A model generated the notes under the pieces. The model was not told the origin of the DNA, made no database searches, and was given only the letters and a program-made list of their open reading frames with translations. Positions 18,695-27,531 of a stretch of 64,000 bases of DNA are shown here, piece by piece. A program made the translations under genes and the position numbers. Source of the stretch: Actinophytocola sp. (GTDB lineage Bacteria; Actinomycetota; Actinomycetes; Mycobacteriales; Pseudonocardiaceae); the NCBI RefSeq assembly GCF_035762905.1, contig NZ_DASUCC010000096.1, positions 3,822-67,821 on the forward strand. The letters run 5' to 3'. Numbering within the stretch: position 1 is the first letter of the stretch; each line of letters begins with the position of its first letter.

Positions 18695-21148
18695 TCACTG
18701 CTTATTCGCCGGGGTGGTTGGGTCGATGGGCCAGGGGTGTTTGGGGTAGCGGCCGCGTAGTTCGGTGCGTACCTGTGGGTATCCGTTTTGCCAGAAGGAT
18801 TCGAGGTCGCTGGTGACGGCGACGGGTCGGCCGGCGGGGGAGAGCAGGTGCAGCAGGAGGGGAACCTGGCCGTCGGCGATGGTGGGGGTGTTGGTCCAGC
18901 CGAAGGCTTCCTGCACCTTGATCGGCAGGATGGGTGGGTTGGTCGAGTAGTCGATGCGGAGGTGTGCGCCGGAGGGCACGGTGAGCCGGTCGGGGGCCAG
19001 TTCGTCGAGTCGGGTGGCGGCCGGCCAGGGCCGCAGCCGGGAGATCGCGTCGTGGGTGGCGATGCGTTGCAGGTCGGCGCGGCGGCGTGCGGTGGCCAGG
19101 TCGGGTCCGAGCCAGGTGTCCAGGGTTTCCAGCAGGGTCTGGTCGTCGACCGGTGGCCATGGTGGGCCGAGGGTTCGGTGCAGGAACGCCAGCCGTTGCC
19201 GCAGACGGGTCGCGCTGGTGGTCCAACGCAGCAGGCCCAGGCCTTCCCGGCGGAGTCCGGCGAGGAGCGCGCGGTGCAGGTCGGCGCGGTCGGGTTGGGT
19301 CAGTTGTCGTTCGTGCAGCACGATGGCGCCGAGTCGGTCGACCCTGCGGGCGAGGATGTCGCCGTCGGCCCACAGCACTTCGTCGGCGGTGGAGAGCAGG
19401 GCGGGGGCGGCCCGCTGCGCCAGTTGCCGGTCGGCCCGGGCGGCCAGCCGGATTTTGCCGTGGACGCGGGCGGGATCGCGGTCGACGCTGGCCACCGCGA
19501 GCCACTCGGCGTCGGTGCTGGCGTCGGTTTCGGCCGCGGTGCCGCCGGCCATCAGGTACACGCGTGATCCGGTGGCGCGCCGCCGGGCGAGGCGTTCCGG
19601 GTGGGCCAACGCCACGACCAGGGCCGGGTCGGGCCGTTCGGTGCCGGGTCGGTCGGCGACCAGTGCGGAGAGTCTGCGCACCTCGCGTCGCCAGCGGCGG
19701 GCGGCGTCGCTGTGGTCGTCGGCCCGCAACCGTCGCACCGCGGCCTCGAGATCGGTGCCGGTGGCCAGGGTGTCGTCGTCGAGCAGGGCCACCACTTCGG
19801 CCGCGGGCCGGGCGCCGATCGCGTCCGCGCCGTCGAGCAGGGCTCTGGCCAGCCGCGGGTGCAGGCCGACCCCGGCGATGCGCCGGCCGCGTTCGGTGAT
19901 CTTGCCGGCGGGGTCCAGGGCGCCAAGCGCGGTGAGCACCTCCCGGCCGGCGGCCAGTGGGCCGGCAGGTGGCGGGTCCCACCAGGCCAGGCTCGCGCCG
20001 TCGGGTGTGCCCCAGCAGGCCAGTTCCAGTGCGAGCCTGGTCAGGTCGGTGGTCCTGATCTCCGGTTCCGGATACCGGGGCAGGGTGGCGTGCTCGTGCT
20101 CGGGCCAGCACCGGTAGACCCGGCCCGGTGCCTGCCGGCCGGCGCGCCCGGCGCGCTGCTCGGCGACGGCCGCCGACACCCTGGTGGTGATCAGCCCGGT
20201 CAGGCCCCGGCGGTGGTCCATCCGGGCCACCCGGGCGAGGCCGGCGTCCACGACCGCGCGGACCCCCGGGACGGTCAGGCTGGACTCGGCGACCGCGGTG
20301 GCCAGCACCACCCGAGGCCCGGCGCCCGGCCGCAGTGCCGCGTCCTGCCGCGCGGCCGGCAGCCGTCCGTGCAGCGGCAGCACGGTCAGGCCGCCGAGTA
20401 GCGCCGTGACCCGGTGGATCTCCGCGACACCGGGCAGGAAGACCAGCACATCACCGTCCGTTTCGGACAGTGCTCTGTGGACGGTGCGGGCCACGCAGCC
20501 CTCGATGCGTTCGGTTCGGGCCGGCGGTGTGTAGGTCACCTCGACCGGGTAGGCCCGCACGTCGGCGCGCAACACCGGGGTGGCTTCGCCGAGCAACGCG
20601 GCGAGCCGGTCGGTGGCCACGGTCGCCGATGTGGCCAGCAGGCGCAGGTCCGGGCGCAGTCCCGCACGCACGTCCAGCAGCAGGGTCAGCAACAGGTCGG
20701 CGTCCAGATGCCGTTCGTGGCACTCGTCGAGCAGCACCGCGTCCGTGCCGGACAGTTCCGGATCGGATTGCAACCGGCGGACCAACAGCCCGGAGGTGAC
20801 CACCTCGATCCGGGTGGCCTTGGAGACCCGCCGATCGCCGCGCACCGCGTAGCCCACGGTGGCACCCACCGGCTCGCCCAGCAGTTCGGCCATCCGGGCC
20901 GCGGCGGCCCTGGCGGCCAGCCGGCGTGGCTCGGCGACCACGATCCGACCGGACATACCGGCCGCCATGGCCAGCGGAACCACCGTCGTCTTGCCCGCGC
21001 CCGGCGCCGCGACCAACACCGCGGCACCGGGCTCGGCAAGCGCGGCCAGGACCTCACCCAACACCGCCCGCACCGGCAGCTCGGGTAGATCGACGGAAAG
21101 GTCCACGACACCAGTGTGCTGCACCGCCCCAGCCAGACAGACCGACAC
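18695..21148 (-). CDS. hrpB: ATP-dependent RNA helicase HrpB (DEAH-box)
   Basis: Walker A APGAGKTT, DEAH box LLDECHERHLDAD, helicase C motifs, and a C-terminal HrpB-type domain ending ...RGRYPKHPWP. The start may instead be GTG 21106. Confidence 0.85.
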   Translation of the reverse strand: MSVCLAGAVQHTGVVDLSVDLPELPVRAVLGEVLAALAEPGAAVLVAAPGAGKTTVVPLAMAAGMSGRIVVAEPRRLAARAAAARMAELLGEPVGATVGYAVRGDRRVSKATRIEVVTSGLLVRRLQSDPELSGTDAVLLDECHERHLDADLLLTLLLDVRAGLRPDLRLLATSATVATDRLAALLGEATPVLRADVRAYPVEVTYTPPARTERIEGCVARTVHRALSETDGDVLVFLPGVAEIHRVTALLGGLTVLPLHGRLPAARQDAALRPGAGPRVVLATAVAESSLTVPGVRAVVDAGLARVARMDHRRGLTGLITTRVSAAVAEQRAGRAGRQAPGRVYRCWPEHEHATLPRYPEPEIRTTDLTRLALELACWGTPDGASLAWWDPPPAGPLAAGREVLTALGALDPAGKITERGRRIAGVGLHPRLARALLDGADAIGARPAAEVVALLDDDTLATGTDLEAAVRRLRADDHSDAARRWRREVRRLSALVADRPGTERPDPALVVALAHPERLARRRATGSRVYLMAGGTAAETDASTDAEWLAVASVDRDPARVHGKIRLAARADRQLAQRAAPALLSTADEVLWADGDILARRVDRLGAIVLHERQLTQPDRADLHRALLAGLRREGLGLLRWTTSATRLRQRLAFLHRTLGPPWPPVDDQTLLETLDTWLGPDLATARRRADLQRIATHDAISRLRPWPAATRLDELAPDRLTVPSGAHLRIDYSTNPPILPIKVQEAFGWTNTPTIADGQVPLLLHLLSPAGRPVAVTSDLESFWQNGYPQVRTELRGRYPKHPWPIDPTTPANKQ

Positions 21149-21261
21149 CTACCGTGCCGGCCAAGTGGGGCGATTAGGAAATCGTGGGCACGTGGCCGGT
21201 TTCGGCCACACCGCATTATCGAACCGCACCGTCGCCCGCGATCACCTAGGAAACAACCTCA

Positions 21262-21339
21262 CCGAAAGTGCCTGCCGACCCACGCGACAGGGGAGCTTCA
21301 GCAGCCCTCAGCACCGCAGGTCGGAAGGGCACTTTCCGG
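21262..21339. other. Long imperfect hairpin in lower-GC intergenic spacer (candidate structured RNA)
   Basis: GAAAGTGCC (21264-21272) pairs with GGCACTTTC (21328-21336), and CCGACC (21275-21280) pairs with GGTCGG (21319-21324). A possible outer 7-bp helix joins ACCTAGG (21244-21250) and CCTAGGT (21383-21389). Confidence 0.3.
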
Positions 21340-21764
21340 AGCAGCGCACCGACCCGGACGAGCATTCACCGGTGGATTCACACCTAGGTAATGCCGCCGA
21401 GCCACCACAACACCTACGCCATCAGGAATGGTTGGATGGCCCTGCGCGTGGGCAGCTATTATCAATTATCTGATCACCCGATCGGCGTAACATGATGCCC
21501 ATTGTTGGTCGGTCAGTCACGACGGGGAACTGTCGATCATCCCCCACATGGGCCCTTGTGTCTCGCCTGAAGCATAGATAGTGTTGGCCGCGTTCTGATG
21601 TTGCTTGACCCGATGGGGGACTTGTTCTGGGGCCTTGTTAATCCATTGAGATGTCCATTGTTGACAGTGTCTCACTGCTGTTCAGTCCCAGATTCAGCCT
21701 TGCCGGTACGCCGCGCGCCGCGAATCCGCGGCCACCAAGTACGGAGGTAGAAGGGAGGATAGCC

Positions 21765-21824
21765 ATGACCAACGAGGAGTTCATCGAGTCCCGCTCGGCG
21801 GGTGAGGCCGCCACCAAGTGGTGA
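21765..21824 (+). CDS. Unannotated 19-aa ORF (MTNEEFIESRSAGEAATKW), candidate precursor or leader peptide
   Basis: Tandem SD ACGGAGGT/AAGGGAGGA lies 5 nt upstream of the ATG. 17 of 18 sense codons end in G/C although the surrounding spacer is AT-richer. Followed by a stem-loop and the FGE-fold gene. Confidence 0.5.
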   Translation: MTNEEFIESRSAGEAATKW

Positions 21825-21853
21825 TGGTCCAGAGGTAGGTAACGCAAGACAGG

Positions 21854-21882
21854 GCCGGGTGGCGGTCGGATCGCCACCCGGC
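21854..21882 (+). terminator. GC stem-loop between small ORF and FGE-fold gene (attenuator or processing/stability element)
   Basis: GCCGGGTGGCG-gtcggat-CGCCACCCGGC forms an 11-bp stem. It sits about 30 nt after the small-ORF stop and 30 nt before GTG 21913. No U-tract. Confidence 0.5.
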
Positions 21883-21912
21883 GCCCTTGCCGGCGATTAT
21901 ACGGGAGTTCAT

Positions 21913-23277
21913 GTGTTCGATGACCTGCTGGAACCGTCGGCCCTGGCGGTTCTTGACGACCGGGGGTACGTGGATCGGTTGCGTGCCCTTGAGAAGGCTT
22001 TCGGCCAGCGCACCGAGTCGGACGAGCTGGTCGAGGAACTGTGCGAGCTGGCGGTCGGGCACGCGGACTGGAACGTGCGGCGGATCGCGGTGCAGACGCT
22101 CGCCGACCGGTTCACCGGGTCCGCGGCGGCGCGGGCGGCGATCTGTTCGGCGACGCACGACGACGTGGACTGGGTGGCGTTCACCGCCATTCGCGCGGCC
22201 GGGGAGCACCGGCTGCCGGAGGCGGTCGAACATATGATCAGAATTTCCGGCTGGCCGAGCAACTTCAGCAAACCGGGCTACTCCCGGAAACCGGTTGGCT
22301 GCGGCGCGGCATTCGCAAAACGGGCATTGTGGAACTATTTCGGCTCCCGTGACCCGGACGAGCTCAGGAAACTGGAGGATCGGCATTTCGCGGACAAGCA
22401 CGCCGCGGTCGCGGCTGCTCGCCGGCCCCGTGATCTGCGGGACGCCGTCCTGGTGCCGGCCGGCCCGTTCATCGCCGGCGCCAACGTCCATGAGGTCGGA
22501 CCATTTCAAATGGACAGTTCGGACAACCCGCTGCGGGTCGTCGAGCTGCCCGCGTTCCACATCGACCGGACCACGGTGACCAATGCCCGGTACGCCGAGT
22601 TCCTCGCCGACGCCATGGGGAGCACCGAGTTCGCGCATCCGGACGAGCCGCCGGGCAAGGACTACACCCCGACGCACTGGCGGGATCCCCGGTTCAACGA
22701 CCCGTCGTTCCCGGTCGTCGGCGTCGACTGGTACGACGCGTGGGCCTTCGCCCGGTGGGCCGGCGGGCGGCTGCCGTCCGAGGACGAGTGGGAAAAGGCG
22801 GCCCGCGGGACGGACGGCCGGACCTATCCGTGGGGCAACGAGTGGGACCGGGACAAGGCGCAGTCGGTGCTGTCCGCCTACGACCGCGAGGAGTTGCGCG
22901 ACCTGAGCGAGCTCGAGGAGTTGCTGGTGCGCACCACGCTGGAGTGGCCACGGAATCCCGTCCTGGCCGCGGACGCGTTGCCGGCCGGGGCCAGCCCGTA
23001 CGGTGCGCGGAACATGGCCGGCAACGTCTGGGAGCTCACGCGCAGCAACTTCTTCACTCGCAAGGACATGGCCCCGTTCTTCAAGGGCAGGCGCGGCCCG
23101 GAGTTCATGAACCGGCCGGAGGCGTTCCACGTGCTGCGCGGCGGTACCTGGACCTCGCCGCCGGTGTGCCTCACGACGTTCTATCGCGGCAAGGACCTGT
23201 TGACCGACCGGCACAACGAGGTCGGCTTCCGGTGCGTCTACGAGGCGACCGCGGAGGAGGTGCCGGCGCATGCCTGA
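21913..23277 (+). CDS. HEAT-repeat + FGE-sulfatase (SUMF1/EgtB/PvdO) domain protein
   Basis: C-terminal domain motifs: RVVELPAFHIDRTTVTNARYAEF, VVGVDWYDAWAFARWAGGRLPSEDEWEKAARG, NMAGNVWELT, LRGGTWTS, EVGFRCV. N-terminal HEAT/PBS-lyase-type repeats (DWNVRRIAVQTLA, DVDWVAFTAIRAAG). Start set at GTG 21913, which has a GGGAG RBS; the track start at 21802 lies inside the small ORF. Confidence 0.8.
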   Translation: MFDDLLEPSALAVLDDRGYVDRLRALEKAFGQRTESDELVEELCELAVGHADWNVRRIAVQTLADRFTGSAAARAAICSATHDDVDWVAFTAIRAAGEHRLPEAVEHMIRISGWPSNFSKPGYSRKPVGCGAAFAKRALWNYFGSRDPDELRKLEDRHFADKHAAVAAARRPRDLRDAVLVPAGPFIAGANVHEVGPFQMDSSDNPLRVVELPAFHIDRTTVTNARYAEFLADAMGSTEFAHPDEPPGKDYTPTHWRDPRFNDPSFPVVGVDWYDAWAFARWAGGRLPSEDEWEKAARGTDGRTYPWGNEWDRDKAQSVLSAYDREELRDLSELEELLVRTTLEWPRNPVLAADALPAGASPYGARNMAGNVWELTRSNFFTRKDMAPFFKGRRGPEFMNRPEAFHVLRGGTWTSPPVCLTTFYRGKDLLTDRHNEVGFRCVYEATAEEVPAHA

Positions 23278-23848
23278 GTCCCGCGCCGCACCGGCGGCGG
23301 AGTTCGCCGAGGCCGTCGAGGAACTCAAGCAGCGTCAAGACATCAAGGCCAGACGGTTCCACTTCACACGGCGCGACGGCACCTTCGGGCCGCTCGTCGG
23401 GGCCCCGTTCGACGTGGCGAAGTTCCTGGCCCGGCCGCTGGTCGGCCGGATCGCGCTCGCCGGGCCCGTGATCCGCCCGTTCTGGTACGTCTGGGAGGAG
23501 GAGTGCTTCTGGAAGCTCACCGGTGCATGGTCCATTTTGGACGAGCGACTCCGCGCCGATCCCAACTTCGAGCTGGTGATCGACACCTGCGACCTGGACA
23601 CCGGGGAGACCCGGCAGGTCATCGCGCACGGCAAGGCCTACGTGGTCGACTTCGACGTCGAGCGCGGCCGGCGCATCCTGAGCCGGTACGCGGGCCCGTA
23701 CGAGGACGACTGGGATCCGAGGTTCCAGCTGCGCCCCGACCCGTCGGTGTACGGCACCCGGCTCGCCAAGATGGTGCCGGACGACATGTGGGCCGTCGAG
23801 TTGTCGTTCCGGCCGGCCTGGCCGGACCGGCCGATCAACTGGCGTTGA
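23270..23848 (+). CDS. Hypothetical protein, PNPOx-like split-barrel fold candidate
   Basis: ATG 23270 overlaps the upstream stop (ATGCCTGA). The pattern LVGRIALAGPVIRPFWYVWEEECFWKLTGAWSILDERLRADPNFELVID...GKAYVV resembles pyridoxamine-5'-phosphate-oxidase-family barrels. Confidence 0.6.
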   Translation: MPESRAAPAAEFAEAVEELKQRQDIKARRFHFTRRDGTFGPLVGAPFDVAKFLARPLVGRIALAGPVIRPFWYVWEEECFWKLTGAWSILDERLRADPNFELVIDTCDLDTGETRQVIAHGKAYVVDFDVERGRRILSRYAGPYEDDWDPRFQLRPDPSVYGTRLAKMVPDDMWAVELSFRPAWPDRPINWR

Positions 23849-23861
23849 GGGAGCGCACCGC

Positions 23862-24494
23862 GTGCCGAGCACCTCGACCATTCTCCTGTTCCTCGCGGTG
23901 ACCGCGACGCTGTTCCTCATCCCCGGCCCGTCGGTGCTCTACATCGTGACCAGAAGCGTTGCCCAGGGCCGCGCGGCCGGTTTGATCTCCGTCCTCGGTA
24001 TGCACGTGGGCACGATTCCCTACATGCTCGCCACCGCGTTGGGGTTGTCCGCGCTGCTGACCGCCTCGTCGACCGCCTTCCACATCATCAGGTATCTCGG
24101 CGCCGCCTATCTGATCTGGTTGGGTGTCCAGAAGTTGTGGTCCCTGAGAAAGCAGGGTGAGGCGGACAGCGAGCCACCGACGGTGTCCCTGGCGCGCATA
24201 TTCCGTCAGGCGGTGGTGGTCAGCATCCTCAACCCCAAGACGCTGATCTTCTTCGCCGCGCTCCTGCCGCAGTTCATCGACCCGTCCCACGGCTCAGTCG
24301 CGGTGCAGGTCGCGTTCTTCTGCGCGGGCTTCCTCGTACTCGGCGTGATCAGCGACGGAACCTACGCACTGCTGTCCAGCACGCTGGCCGGCCGGCTACG
24401 CCACACCGCGCGAAGCCGCCGCGTCCTGGACCGTTTCAGCGGCATCGTCTACCTGATGCTCGGCGCGTTCGCAGCCGTCATCGCCGAATCCTGA
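23862..24494 (+). CDS. LysE/RhtB family amino-acid/metabolite exporter
   Basis: N-terminus LFLIPGPSVLYIV, six hydrophobic segments, about 210 aa. GAGGGAG RBS before GTG 23862. Confidence 0.8.
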   Translation: MPSTSTILLFLAVTATLFLIPGPSVLYIVTRSVAQGRAAGLISVLGMHVGTIPYMLATALGLSALLTASSTAFHIIRYLGAAYLIWLGVQKLWSLRKQGEADSEPPTVSLARIFRQAVVVSILNPKTLIFFAALLPQFIDPSHGSVAVQVAFFCAGFLVLGVISDGTYALLSSTLAGRLRHTARSRRVLDRFSGIVYLMLGAFAAVIAES

Positions 24495-24526
24495 CCCCTT
24501 CTGATCCGCGCGCTACGAGAGCTTCC

Positions 24527-25030
24527 TCAGTGCTGGTCGGCCGGCGTGGCGGATCGTTCTCGTCGGCGCGCCCGGATCCCGGCCCAGGTGGCGGCCGGAA
24601 TCGCCACCACCGCCAGCACCGTCGCCCCGAGCAGCAGAGACGCGACCTTGTGGTTTTCCGGGGCCCGGGCGTCGCGCAGGTCGTCCTCCGGGTGCAGCGG
24701 ATCGTAGATGATCGCAACCAGATCGCCGGCCTTGGCCCGCGGACCGGGAGCCTCGTCGCCCTGGCCGATCGTCGAGCGCACCTGGCGCCCGTCCGCCGTG
24801 CGGAACTCGACATGCACCCGGGAGTTCTTGCCGGTGGTCACCTTCACCACCCGGCCGGAGGCCTGCTGGCCGCGCTCACTGAGCGCGTTGTCGTTGCTCC
24901 ACACCTGCCAGGTGGCCACGACCAGGACCGAGATGACCACTGCGCCGAGCGCCGCGAACAGCACCGGGGATGGCCGCGACGAGCCGGAACGCCTCACCGA
25001 ACCGATGTCCCCCGGACCGGCGGCGACCAA
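24527..25030 (-). CDS. DUF3592-like membrane protein
   Basis: TM segment, then a beta-rich segment (GRVVKVTTGKNSRVHVEFRTADGRQVRS...GDLVAIIYDP), then a second TM. This is the typical DUF3592 architecture. Confidence 0.6.
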   Translation of the reverse strand: MVAAGPGDIGSVRRSGSSRPSPVLFAALGAVVISVLVVATWQVWSNDNALSERGQQASGRVVKVTTGKNSRVHVEFRTADGRQVRSTIGQGDEAPGPRAKAGDLVAIIYDPLHPEDDLRDARAPENHKVASLLLGATVLAVVAIPAATWAGIRARRRERSATPADQH

Positions 25031-25096
25031 ACATCGGTGATGATCCGCGCGAGCAACGGCCTGATCGAGCAGGAAGTCGGCCGCCGCGGCGACGGT

Positions 25097-25489
25097 CTAC
25101 TCCGGCTTGTGATCATCGACCAGTCTTGTGAGGTGGGCCTGGTAGTTCGGGCAGGTCGCGATGTCCTCGTGGGTGCAGTTCAGCCCGGCTTCGAGGAGGT
25201 CGAGCGCCGAGCGCAGCGCGGCCATCCTGGCCTGCAGGGCGTGGTGGTGGCGGCGCAGTACGTCTTTGCGGGCGGCGGGGTCGCCCGCGGTGAGGAACGC
25301 TCGGATGTCCGGCAGCGGCAGCCCGGCCTGCTTCGCGCGCACGATCGAGGCCACCCGGAACAGGTCGTCGCGGGTGTAGCGGCGGCGGCCGCCTTCGACG
25401 CGGGCAGGGCAGAGCAGGCCCACCGATTCCCAGTGCCGCAGCACGTGTGCCGGCAGACCGAAGTGGTCGGCCACCTGGCCGATCGTCAT
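25097..25489 (-). CDS. MerR family transcriptional regulator
   Basis: MTIGQVADHFGLPAHVLRHWESVGLL..R..GGRRRYTRDDL HTH, followed by a coiled coil and a Cys/His-containing C-terminus. Start taken at ATG 25489 (131 aa). Confidence 0.85.
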   Translation of the reverse strand: MTIGQVADHFGLPAHVLRHWESVGLLCPARVEGGRRRYTRDDLFRVASIVRAKQAGLPLPDIRAFLTAGDPAARKDVLRRHHHALQARMAALRSALDLLEAGLNCTHEDIATCPNYQAHLTRLVDDHKPE

Positions 25490-25494
25490 CGGGC

Positions 25495-25525
25495 TTGACT
25501 TCATGTCGGCATTAAGTCTGAGCAT
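25495..25525 (+). promoter_or_regulatory. MerR-type divergent promoter/operator
   Basis: TTGACT (25495-25500), a 19-nt spacer, then GAGCAT. The dyad GACTTCATG-tcgg-CATTAAGTC (25497-25518, 8/9 symmetric) sits between the -35 and -10, as in MerR-family promoters. Confidence 0.45.
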
Positions 25526-26228
25526 GGCGGGTATGTCCAGTTTGCTTGCTGTCCTCGATGCCGTCGACGCGCAGCCCTTTGCCGTCGGGTTGCGCCTACG
25601 TTCCTATGAGTTGCTCGGCGAGCTCACCGGCCGAACCGTGGTCGACGCCGGCTGCGGCGGTGGTCGCGCGGTCGGCGAGCTGGCTGAACGCGGCGCCCGC
25701 GCGGTCGGTGTCGACCTCGACCCCGAGATGATCGCCGTGGCCCGGCAGCGCTGGCCGGCCGGGGAGTTCCAGGTCGGCGACGCCTGCGAGCTGCCGCTGC
25801 ACAGCGGGTCGGTTTCCGGCTACCGCGCGGACAAGGTGTTGCACGCGCTGGCGGATCCGGCCCGAGCCGTGGCCGAGGCCCGCCGGGTGCTCGCGCCGGG
25901 TGGCCGGGCCGTGCTGCTCGGCCAGGACTGGGACACGATCGTCATCGACTCCGACGACCCGCGGACCACCCGCGGGCTGGTCCAGGCGAAGGCGGACTCG
26001 CTACCGTCGCCGCACGCCGGCCGCAAGTACCGCAACCTACTGCTCGACGCGGGGTTCACCGACCCGGTCGTCGAGGTGCACACCGGCGTGTTCACCGACG
26101 ACACCGCGCTCGCCGTGCTGCACCGGATCACCGATGAGCAGAGTTGGCTGGCCGAGCAGGCCGAGCGTGCCCGCACGAACCGGATCTTCGTCGCGGTGCC
26201 GATGTTCCTCGTCGCCGCGCGGAGATAG
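25524..26228 (+). CDS. Class I SAM-dependent methyltransferase
   Basis: Motif I VVDAGCGGGRAV, then GVDLDPEMIAVAR and a post-I acidic loop. Start ambiguous between 25503, 25524 and 25533. The 25503 version contains a TTA codon and overlaps the operator. Confidence 0.8.
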   Translation: MAGMSSLLAVLDAVDAQPFAVGLRLRSYELLGELTGRTVVDAGCGGGRAVGELAERGARAVGVDLDPEMIAVARQRWPAGEFQVGDACELPLHSGSVSGYRADKVLHALADPARAVAEARRVLAPGGRAVLLGQDWDTIVIDSDDPRTTRGLVQAKADSLPSPHAGRKYRNLLLDAGFTDPVVEVHTGVFTDDTALAVLHRITDEQSWLAEQAERARTNRIFVAVPMFLVAARR

Positions 26229-26239
26229 CCGCAGGCTCG

Positions 26240-27352
26240 GGTCGCGCGCCTACGACCCGGCCGACCGGCTCGCCACCATCGCCGACGCGATGGGCCGGAC
26301 CACCGCGTTCCGCTACTTCGACGGCGGCCTGCTCGCCGGCACGACCCAGGTCGGGTTCCGAAACCCGAACGGCACGACCCGGGACATCCCGCTCGCCACG
26401 TACGGATACGACGGGCAGGGCAACGTCACCCGGGTCGAGGAGGCCGGTGTGGTGACCGAGCGGACCTGGGACGCGGCCGGCAACCTGTCCCGGGTGGTCT
26501 CCGACCCCGCCGGGACCGCCCGGACCACCACGTACACCTATGACACGCTGGACAACCCGGTCACCGTGCGGCGCACCGACGGCAGCGGCACGACCACCGA
26601 GACGACCGACATCGGCTATGACCCGATGGCCGGATGACCCGGCACACGGTGCGTAACGGCACACCGGCTACGACAAGCTGGGCCGGGTCTCGTCGGTGAC
26701 CGACGCCGCCGGGGCAACCACAACGTTCGGCTACGACGTGCTGGGCAACCTCACCCGGCGCACCGATCCGGCCGTCGGCTCGGATCCGGCCGGCGTGTCG
26801 ACGTTCCGCTACGACGCGGTGGGCGAGCTGCTGGCCGCGACCGGAGCGACTGGGGCAGCGACGACGGCGACCTATGACGATCTCGGCCGGCAGGTCACCT
26901 CGACCATCGTCGAGCGGTACCCGACGCCGGGCCGCACCCTGACCACCACGACGGCCTACAACGACTCCGGCACGGTCAGCTCGGTCCGGACCCCGGACGG
27001 GGCCGAGACCAGGTTCACCTACAACGGGGTGGGCGAGCGAGTGTCCACAACGGACCCATTGGGGAAGAAGTCGACCGTCGGCTACGATCTCGCCGGCCGG
27101 ACCACCCGGCTGACCGACCCGCTCGGTCTGGGCACCAGGATCGAGTACGACCTGGCCGGCCGGGCCGTCACGATGTCCTCTATGGACACCAATGGTCAGG
27201 TGTTGCGCACCAGCAGGACCGGATACGACCCGGCCGGCAACGTGGTATCCCGCACCAACCCGCTCGGAGTAACCGTGACAAGGCAGGTCGACGCGCTCGG
27301 CCGAATGGTCCGGGAGACCGAGGTGATCCCAATGATTGGCCGGTCGTCTTGA
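26240..27352 (+). pseudogene. RHS/YD-repeat protein remnant (two frames, no N-terminus, no RHS core end or toxin domain)
   Basis: YD repeats in frame 1 (YDPADRLATIADAMGRTTAFRYFDGG...YGYDGQGNVTRV...YTYDTLDNPVTV) run to the stop at 26637. They resume in frame 2 (GYDKLGRVSSVTDAAGATTTFGYDVLGNLTRRTD...YDLAGR...) and end at 27352. The remnant begins directly after the methyltransferase stop. Confidence 0.75.
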
Positions 27353-27531
27353 CGGACACCTCGCTCGAGCGTTGGGAGCAGTACGACGTGGGTGCGGTGG
27401 AGTTCCTGATCGCGCTGGTGAAGGGTGAGTTGCCCAGCGAGATCATTCCCTCGGTGGTGGGGCAACCCGGGTACCGGACCCTTCAGGATCTGGCGGGTGC
27501 TCCGGGCAACCAGGCGGCGGCCGGTGGGTAG
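27349..27531 (+). CDS. Small hypothetical ORF (60 aa) in RHS relic locus
   Basis: ATG overlaps the RHS-relic stop, and its own stop overlaps GTG 27524 of the SUKH-like fragment. No family recognised. May be a relic. Confidence 0.3.
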   Translation: MTDTSLERWEQYDVGAVEFLIALVKGELPSEIIPSVVGQPGYRTLQDLAGAPGNQAAAGG

